A stretch of 63,764 nucleotides of DNA, counting the filler, from Octopus bimaculoides (Eukaryota), in NCBI RefSeq assembly GCF_001194135.2. It is 4 parts of 3 records of this genome, joined end to end, with 100 filler letters (N's around TTAATTAATTAA, not from the genome) between each part and the next. Parts side by side here need not be neighbours in the genome. Positions count along the whole stretch, not along the records: positions 46,445 to 61,094 come from NC_068986.1; positions 61,195 to 63,764 come from NC_068986.1; 2 more parts are not named here. One strand, given 5' to 3'. Under the pieces are notes generated by a model that ran no database searches, was not told the origin of the DNA, and saw nothing but the letters and a program-made list of their open reading frames with translations. Made by a program: the position numbers and the translations under genes. Positions 54,085-63,764 of the stretch are shown here, piece by piece (position 1 is the first letter of the stretch; each line of letters begins with the position of its first letter).

Positions 54085-55599
54085 GACAGTGGGGAAAAGT
54101 TAACGGTTGTTGAGAAAGACGTATTAACAGCGTATGTGTTATAAACAAGATTCTTAAAAACTTTTAGCAAAACGCACGCTTCTCATTATCACTCACCATA
54201 CACTTAAAAGTGTAACTGATGCAATATTATAAACCTAACCCAGTGTCATTGTATCCCTTACAAATTACTCTTCACCTTTCTGTCAGTTAACACAATTATA
54301 GTTTTAATTCCTATTTAATCTAATTTGTGCAGAATTCTCGCGCAACTAATCAATGACTAGCGAAAGAAAATATTAATTTATGAAACATTGAAATCTTCCC
54401 GCTCAGTCTCATATTTAAAGCAATGAGAAATGACAAATACTTGTGTAACTGTTGAGGATCCATATTCAAATATTAGCATTTCGGGAATTCTTTCAAATGA
54501 AAATATGGCTGAGTAAATTCGCATTGCAGTCTGTAAGATACTAATAGGAATAGAGCTAAGAACTGGAATATAGACCATATCTGATAAGTGTAATATCCAC
54601 TTGAGAGTTGCGTAGCTAGATGATATCTATTGAGCATTGGGTAAATAAAAACAATGAAAATTTTATTTCAGACGATTGGGGTACATGAAATGTTAGTATA
54701 AGGATACCATACGACTATAATTTGGCATGTTCTGTGTTTCTAACTTAAACGAATTCTAATTACACTCTGCTTTCCTATCTGGAAATTAATATTCATGCAT
54801 AAATGTATTCACTGTATGAATCGTAGTCTAGTGGTTCCCTGTATCTATAGCAGTTTAAAGCATACTACTTGCTTAATAATATTCTATTAGTTGCAGGCAA
54901 TCAATGTTTTCATTATAAATGTATTTTATCTTTAATTCTTTGGCATATTTTTAATGTATATGAGTGCACGTAGTGATTCTGATCGACGTGTGATTAACTG
55001 TAATTATCTAGCGGTGCCATCGTTGGGAAAAAAAAATGCACGTAATTGATATGGAGTATATGTAAACACATGGAGAAGAACATATATCATTTTCTGGGTA
55101 CATATGAGGCGACTGTAGGGATTTTAAAACGGCCATCTGTCAATATCTCTGGTCGGACTTACGTTATTGTGATAAAGAATTGTAACGTCAACCGACAATT
55201 GGGTATATTTTATGAGTTCGAATCATTAGATCAATGGACGCCAATAAATGGAGGTGATCGTTATCATTGCTGCTGTGTGGCTATGTGACGGTGAAATGCA
55301 TATTTACATATTTTAAGCTTATCGTACTTAACAGCATCTCATATCTGATGAACGTTTTATATAATTTATATCTGATAGCATGTACGTTGTTTGTAGTAGC
55401 TGTTGCAGCTAGTTTTGCAGAGGATATAACTAAACTTCCATCAACATTATTATCGCTGGAATTATATTCAATTTACCTAGAGTGCTACCTGTTTTAAATA
55501 ACATTTAACTCATTATCACCAAAACTGTATTCAAAGCTTGAACTTATGCTAAACAATAATACTCCGTCCTAGGTGGCAGCACTCGAATTGCTCTTAGTA

Positions 55600-55871
55600 A
55601 ATCAACCCTTAATGGTTTCATATTTGACACAAGGACAGCAGTACCGGGCGACGGGTAAGTCGATTACATCGACCCCAAGAGCTCAACTAGTACTTATTTT
55701 ACCGACCCGGGAATAATGAAAGGCAAATCATCGTAGGTGAAATTTGAACTCAGAACGTAAAGACGGACGAAATGCCACTAAGCATTTTTCCCGGTGTGCA
55801 AACGATTCTACTACATTACTGTCTTAATAACAATAATAATGACAATAATAATAATAATGATAATGAAAATG

Positions 55872-55948
<77 letters not shown>

Positions 55949-56395
55949 AATAATAATAAAATAATAATAATAATACCAAAGGTACAAGGCCTGAAACTTT
56001 GAGGGAGGGGACTAGTGCTCAACTGGTGCTTATTTTATAGAACCCTAAAGGATGGAAGGCAAAGTTGTCCTGAGCGGAATTTGAACACAGAACGTAAGGA
56101 TGGACGAAATCTCACTAAGCATTTTCCCCGGCGTGCTAACAATTCTGCCAGCCCGCTACCTAAAACTGCACTCAATTATTGATTTCAAATTTAGGCACAA
56201 GGCCTGCACTTTCGAGAGGCGAGGTTCAGACGATTATTCCGACCCCAGTGTTCAACCGGTACTTATTTTATCGACCCCGAAAGTATGAAAAGCAAAGTCA
56301 ACCTTGGTGGAATTTGAATTCAGAAAGTAAAAACGGACGAAATGCCGCTAAGCATTTTCCCCGACATGTTGACAATCCTACCAGCTCGCCACCTG
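55600..56395 (-). mobile_element. Three tandem SINE family A copies (~55600-55810, ~55975-56160, ~56170-56395)
   Basis: Each contains aatttgaa(c/t)(t/a)cagaa(c/a)gtaa..gacgaaat..ctaagcatttt; (TAA)n tract between first and second. Confidence 0.88.
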
Positions 56396-57289
56396 AAGCT
56401 ACATTTAAATATTGATAACTAGAACAGTTTAACAAGCATTTTGAGATCAAATACTATTGAGACTGAATTTAATAACTTGTAAGAGTGCAATAGTTTGCAA
56501 CTATAATATAATCTGTAGCTATAGTGTCAAGTGACTCACTAACACCATTATTTCATAATCCTTGGCATTGTATTTCTGCCAGTCTATACTCAACTAGAAG
56601 CCAACCTCTTTGTCTTTAACTAACGTTTCCTATCAATGACCAAAACCTCTATATGGTCTCCATCGTGTTATAAATAGCAACAAAATATTTCTCAAATCAC
56701 GCATACTTGCATCTTCAAAAGGAAGTTTACGTTTAATACTCTATGTCTGAAGCACAAAATCGAGTTGGTCACTGTAATGTTTGCTTAATATGAAGTGGCC
56801 TGGCGTTAAACAAAAATAATAATAATAGCAAAAACTCACATAGTGAGAAAATCTATAGTTTTGATAGTCAAACCTCTATCTACTGTTTCAGACACATGAC
56901 AAAAGCACTAGCCCAGATTTTCAAGATTTTCAGACTAAATATATATGGAGCGCCGTTGTGTCTTATTTTCAATTAATTGTCCCAGAACAACTTGATATCA
57001 TGCACCTCGCTCAAGAGCGTTATGTTCTACCAGGTTCGAAAATCGAAACGATGACCTATAGATTCTTAGCCTAGTAACCCTAACCGCTAAGCGTAATTTC
57101 TTTATAAATTGCAATAAACAAATATTTATTGTGTTCATTAGGTATTTCACATAAAAGTGCTCAACAAATATTTCAAGGAAAATAGGGGCGGTGGGAGAAA
57201 GCTCTAACAATGTATACATCTTTTGCATTGCTGTTTTAGGGATATGTCTATGCCTAGCTTCATAGGATATCTGTCAACATACTTAGATA

Positions 57290-57760
57290 AATTGCTGCAT
57301 TCATTCCCGTTTACCAATAACAAATGTGAGATCATAGATACATCTCTTAACTGCCTGAATATTTTCTAGTTCAACAGTTAGAAACTTCTCAAAGCATGTA
57401 TGTTCAACAATATAGACTTTTGGTATTTTCATACTAGTTATTACTACACCATTGTTATATTTGTCACAAACAATGATGTCCATCCTATTCTGCTCTATTT
57501 ATTGGTTGATCTGTATGGCTCTCGCTACATTGTTGCATCCATAAGTATATTATGTTGAAATTGAGTGGTCCGATCTGGGACAACATAGTGGATTGCTTCA
57601 AGAAACTCTCAACTCGGGCGATGATTCTCATCTGGGGCGCTTGTATTGCAAATTGTGTTGCTTCTACTGACCAAATATTTACGTTCTGGTTAGAGATAGT
57701 TTGCAAATATCATGGCCAGTTAACAGTACATCCTAATGTTGGATCCCCACAACAGAACTA
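57290..57760 (-). mobile_element. Old R4/Dong-type LINE relic (RLE region)
   Basis: HTDQPINR then DIIVCDKYNNGVVITSMKIP..EK..VELE..VK...FVIGK, matching TD..I.ANRPDIIV.DK..IP..EK..VIG. Confidence 0.55.
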
Positions 57761-58379
57761 TTTGTGATCAGTATGTCCTTTTCTACTTCAAACTTTGAGT
57801 AGTGGAAATTTTAATCAATATCGAAAGTAATTCAGATTGCTGCGGACATAATCGGTTTGCTATATCAACAAGAGCACTTGTCGTTATCCTCATCTTCAGC
57901 AGCAGCGGATCATTCACATACACGAGTTGATGGCGCTACAATTGTTGAGATCTTCCGAATTCACTTACGTCTTATTTTTCTTTAACTAATATCCCTCACA
58001 CTACTAAAGTCTTAAAGCAATGCATAGACCGATAACGGCAATATGCTATAGTATTTTCGTCAGTCATCGCTTCATTTGCAAAAAATCACTCACCTTTCAG
58101 AGTGAGAGAAAATAAACGATCATGGTTAAGGGATCATTTCAGCGTCCATGAATATACGCTATACAGATTGTTCTCAGTGATTTTCAAGTGGAACTATAAG
58201 CATGACTTTCATAAATTTTTGGCTTCGAAATTATAGCGAAAGTCACTAAATATTCAGGAGTAACACTCCCGGTGTGGTAGTTTGAATAGAAATAGTTCAG
58301 TTTCTATGGGTTAGATAAATTGATCTGATTAAATAAATATTTCTTTAAAAAAACCAAGTATTTCCCATAATTAGAACAT

Positions 58380-58635
58380 CATGGTACCGACCACACTATG
58401 GAATGTTGTTATACAATTTTAGCCTTCAACTATGCCACCCTGCTGGCTAGGTGAACATGGCAGCACTCTCCCTGAACAGAACGGCAGGCCATTGTTGGGC
58501 TGCTGATTTACAGCTGAGTGAATTGGGGCATCGTAAAATGAAGGGTTTGGCACAAGAAAACAATGCACGCACAGCCAGTCTGGGAATCGAAATCACGATC
58601 GCAAGAACAACACAGTAGCGCCTTCTAATTAGAAT
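58380..58635 (-). mobile_element. SINE family C
   Basis: agctgagtgaattggggca..aaatgaagggtttggcacaagaaaacaatgc..gggaatcgaaatcacgatc. Confidence 0.6.
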
Positions 58636-59629
58636 ATACTTCTTAAGAGAAATCATACATGACGACAGATTCCAGCACGATTAAATCTTGATACAAAATA
58701 CTAGGTATTAACTCAGTTACGTTACATATCTTTCGAAGTTTAAATTCCATCGTAGTCGACTGCTGCTTCTAAGTATCTGGGGCCACCTCCGTACAAATAA
58801 CTACGTTTCAAAACTGATACCAATCAAACTACCTATTACTCTCTCCTTCATTATTACTTATATGAATATCAGCCATAGTAAATTCTTCAAATACAGATAC
58901 ATTATTACTGTTGTCTTTCTTGAAACAAACTGTTGTACAAGCAGGAAATATTATGGAAGCAAAACCTGAGATTTTATAGAACGAATAAAAGGGGGAAAAA
59001 AAGCGACAAAAAAAGAAAAAAAAACTGACTAAAACATTTATATATCTCTGCATCAATCAATCTCTGTATATATGTATATAGAGAGGAAGATACATGGACA
59101 CACTTTTATTAACTGTATGTAGTGGAAAATAAATGAGAAACAATAAAGACAATAAAATAAGGCAGTAAGAAATGTATAAATTGATGTAGGGAAGAAAAAG
59201 TAAAAGAAATAAGTTTCTAGGAAATAATAAAAATAATACAAAATTAGTAATAACAACATTAAAAAGGCATAAAATTGGCGGAAAAAGAAAGAGAGAGATA
59301 TTGTATAAAAGAATTTTAAAAAGACAAAAAAGAACAGAAGGCCTTTCTACACTTAATTACAGGGACGGAGTTGTCTGTATTTTCCTAATTTCCGCCAAGA
59401 GATGCCAAAATAAGGAAATTTCAATTCTGATGGTGTACAACAATTCATTGCATTTCCAGATATCAAGAACTAGATTCCTTCCCTTGGGCGTCTAATCAGA
59501 TATTTTAACACAAAGCATCCATGACATTCTTCTACCTACGGAGACTGCGATTCCATCTTACATACATATACTTTCATTGCTAAAAACCTACAGCAAACGT
59601 AATCGCCACAGCCAATAATTCCGCTCGTT

Positions 59630-59695
59630 ACTACTACTACTACTACTACTACTACTGATAATAATAATGATGATGATGATGATGATAATAATAAT

Positions 59696-59750
<55 letters not shown>

Positions 59751-60254
59751 CTGATTATGATGCTACTGATGATGATGCTACTACTACTACTTCTACTATN
59801 NNNNNNNNNNNNNNNNNNNNNNNNNNNNNNNNNNNNNNNNNNNNNNNNNNNNNNNNNNNNNNNNNNNNNNNNNNNNNNNNNNNNNNNNNNNNNNNNNNNN
59901 NNNNNNNNNNNNNNNNNNNNNNNNNNNNNNNNNNNNNNNNNNNNNNNNNNNNNNNNNNNNNNNNNNNNNNNNNNNNNNNNNNNNNNNNNNNNNNNNNNNN
60001 NNNNNNNNNNNNNNNNNNNNNNNNNNNNNNNNNNNNNNNNNNNNNNNNNNNNNNNNNNNNNNNNNNNNNNNNNNNNNNNNNNNNNNNNNNNNNNNNNNNN
60101 NNNNNNNNNNNNNNNNNNNNNNNNNNNNNNNNNNNNNNNNNNNNNNNNNNNNNNNNNNNNNNNNNNNNNNNNNNNNNNNNNNNNNNNNNNNNNNNNNNNN
60201 NNNNNNNNNNNNNNNNNNNNNGATAATTCTTTTCGTTTTTATCATTATTACTCC

Positions 60255-60314
<60 letters not shown>

Positions 60315-60966
60315 TATTACTATTATTATTATTATTATTATTATTGCTGTTGTTATTGTTTTTGGTGCTGTTTTTGATATCATTAATATTACCATTATAG
60401 TTGATGTTTTTTTTGTTAATGCTTTTTTCTCTCGTTGTTTTTGTTATTTCTTTTGTTGTTATTGTTTGTAGTGTTGTTGTTTTGTTGTTGACGGTGTTGT
60501 TGCATTTGTTGTTATTAGATGGTGTACTTTTTTGGCGATTTGATTTCAGAATACTCTGTGATGAGAATTCCGATGTGCTAATATTGGAGCACGTTTCAAA
60601 AAGACGGCGCTTGTGAAAATGGTAACCAATATGAATTCTCCGAGAATGACTTCACCGATGACTGTACACACNNNNNNNNNNTACTGATGATGATGCTACT
60701 ACTACTACTTCTACTATTACTACTAGTTCTGCTGTTGCTACGGCTACTGCGACTACTATAATCATCATCATCATCATCATCATTGCTATTATTTTCTTGT
60801 AGTATTTTTTATTGATGTGCTGGCTGTTGTTGTTGTTTTCTTGTCATCGCCATCACCCTAGTTGTTGTTGATGTGATTGTTGTTGTTCTTCGTATTCGTG
60901 TTCCAGTTGTTATTGCTGATGGTTAGTTATTAGATAATTCTTTTCGTTTTTTATCATTATTACTCC

Positions 60967-61031
<65 letters not shown>

Positions 61032-61094
61032 CTATTATTATTATTATTATTATTATTGCTGTTGTTGTTGTTTTTTGGTGCTGTTTTTGATATC
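59630..61094. repeat. Compound trinucleotide low-complexity region with gaps and an internal ~160-bp duplication
   Basis: (CTA)(TAA)(TGA)(TTA)(TTG) runs; 60222-60381 is nearly identical to 60933-61094. Confidence 0.85.
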
Positions 61095-61138
61095 NNNNNN
61101 NNNNNNNNNNNNNNNNNNNNNNNNNNNNNNNNNNNNNN

Positions 61139-61150
61139 TTAATTAATTAA
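61139..61150. other. Assembly linker TTAATTAATTAA
   Basis: Embedded in N run. Confidence 0.95.
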
Positions 61151-61194
61151 NNNNNNNNNNNNNNNNNNNNNNNNNNNNNNNNNNNNNNNNNNNN

Positions 61195-61330
61195 GGTTCA
61201 GCAAAAAGAGACCGATAGAATAAGTACTAGGCATCCAAAGAATAAGTCCTGGGGTCGATTTGCTCGACTAAAGGCGGTGCTCCAGCATGGCCGCAGTCAA
61301 ATGACTGAAACAAGTAAAAGAGTAAAAGAG
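61195..61330 (+). mobile_element. SINE family B, 3' end (very close to consensus, young)
   Basis: ggttcagcaaaaagagaccgatagaataagtactagg..ggcggtgctccagcatggccgcagtcaaatgactgaaacaagtaaaagagtaaaagag. Confidence 0.92.
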
Positions 61331-61736
61331 TATACATATATATATATGTATGTATATATATATACATATATATGTATGTATGTATGTATGTAAAGCAGTT
61401 TACTAGTTCAACACACTGCATTCCGTACAAAGCTGTTTAGCCAAACTGGAATATACAGTTTGCGAGCTTTCAAATACCAACAACTTTCTTTACTAAAAAT
61501 ACACTCGTGACATATGTATGTATAAATGCATTTAACACACTCAGTTACACACAGGTGCACACAGGCGCACGCACGCGCACGCACGCGCATACACACATAC
61601 ACAGGCACACATACATACACACATGAATACACATTTATGCCAACATACTAGGTGGGGCAGAGAGCACGGAGGAACATATGTCCGATAGGTACCATTCGAT
61701 CTGTGGTGTCTTAGCATTTGTTTTTCAGGTGAAGCC

Positions 61737-62393
61737 ATGGTGTTGTGGACGATAGAGCATTGTGTGTTTCCCTACGACGGTTACGGGAAGAATAATATGT
61801 CTGTCACAGCAGTTCAGCGTGAGTTTCGGCACCACTACAACATTCAACCAAATCAGGCTGTTCCAACCCGTAACACTATCTTATGTTGGATGAATGCACT
61901 TCGTACACGAGGTACACTAATGCAGGGGTTTTCAAACTTTTTGACTTACGGACCCCTTTATATTTCAGGCTTTACCTTAGGGACCCCCTTATAAGCGCTT
62001 ATGAAATTTACACATAAATATTTGCTTAAAATAACATATATTTTTACATTTATTTATTTAACAGTATTTAACAAATAGGTTTATTGTCAATTAAAAGATT
62101 TCGATTAAAAAACATATAAAATCAAATTGCCCATAAAAAGTATTTGTTGTCTACGGACCCCCTGTCTTGTCCTTGCGGACCCCTTGTGGTCCGCGGACCA
62201 CAGTTTGAAAACCCCTGCACTAATGAATAGAAGACTGGTGGGGACGTCACAAACGGTACGTACCCCGGAAGATGTGGAACGCGCCAGACAAGCTTTGATA
62301 CGGAGTCCGAATCGCTCTCCTCGGAGGCATTGCACTGAACTTGGCATCGGTAATCGATCGGTAAAGCGGGGTTCCCACGAGAGTTCTTATTGA
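61737..62393 (+). pseudogene. Tc1/mariner-like transposase N-terminus (DUF4817-like HTH), split by a MITE and 3'-truncated
   Basis: After removing the MITE and one TSD: MVLWTIEHCVFPYDGYGKNNMSVTAVQREFRHHYNIQPNQAVPTRNTILCWMNALRTRGTLM|NRRLVGTSQTVRTPEDVERARQALIRSPNRSPRRHCTELGIGNRSVKR. Confidence 0.82.
61923..62217. mobile_element. hAT-superfamily MITE, 295 bp
   Basis: Perfect 16-bp TIR CAGGGGTTTTCAAACT; perfect 8-bp TSD CACTAATG (61915-61922, 62218-62225); subterminal GGACCCC repeats. Confidence 0.95.
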
Positions 62394-62571
62394 GGCCCCA
62401 TCTCTCTCTTCCTCTCTTTATTTGTATATACCCGTGCACATGTATGTACTTACACATATATATAAATAACATGCTTGCATTGTGTCGCCTCAATAACCAC
62501 AGTGATTATCATTACCACCATCGTTCTACCTATAGCATTTAAAATTATCAATAATAATATGGGTCCCGGTA

Positions 62572-63345
<774 letters not shown>

Positions 63346-63369
63346 TTATTATTATCATTGTTATTAAGT

Positions 63370-63764
63370 AGTCTTATTTTTATCACATACTTTTACTGCA
63401 CTACTGAGCGCAGCTCTGTGTCCCTTGGGTATGTGTTGTGGTTTGTTGTGGTGTTCTTATTTTTAGTCTATTGAAAGTGTTTTACGTAGGATGTGTGCGG
63501 TGCCTAGTAGTGCTATTTTCTGTATACTGTATATACTTGTAAGCCCTGGAGTTTTTGTTATGTATTTGTTTGAATGTTTTTTTTTTATCATACTTAATGC
63601 GCCTACTATAATAGGAATTGTTTCTGCTTTTAGGCTCCACATTCGAGTTATTTCTATTTCCATATATTTATATTTTGAAAGTTTCTCCGTTTCTTTTCGA
63701 GAAACATTGTTATCTGTTGGTATTGATACATCGATTAGAAAGCATTTTTTTCCTGGTGATCTTT
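63370..63764 (-). mobile_element. R4/Dong-type LINE 3' end (RLE domain), continues beyond window
   Basis: KKCFLIDVSIPTDNNVSRKETEKLSKYKYMEIEITRMWSLKAETIPIIVGALSMIKK..IQKIALLGTAHILRKTLSID*; 3' UTR then TAA-rich tail. Confidence 0.92.

Noticed and set aside
27559-61150. TTAATTAATTAA palindromes at 27559, 46389, 61139
   Set aside because: Always embedded in N runs and give stops in all six frames: assembly-inserted linker, not biology

Overview
AT-rich, gap-ridden eukaryotic scaffold, most likely octopus/coleoid cephalopod. This is inferred from the tRNA-derived SINE families, extreme microsatellite density and LINE types, not from a database search. Almost all supplied ORFs are artefacts of microsatellites, N gaps or decayed repeats, and no host protein-coding gene could be identified with confidence. 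Well-supported content is transposon debris: about 20 SINE copies, at least six restriction-like-endonuclease (R4/Dong-type) LINE relics, an RTE-type LINE 3' end with three C2H2 fingers, a CR1/L2-type fragment, a near-complete DD37D (maT) transposon plus a second relic, a mariner relic, a DUF4817-type transposase split by a hAT MITE with a perfect 8-bp TSD, a long-TIR MITE and a solo LTR. The most interesting signal is a complete type I hammerhead ribozyme motif (49089-49176). It has the palindromic minimal helix III typical of Penelope-like elements and sits inside a gap-bounded inverted repeat. There are also weak, hand-picked hints of a plus-strand gene made of very small exons, including a tandemly duplicated 19-nt exon-like unit. 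The TTAATTAATTAA strings inside N runs are assembly linkers.
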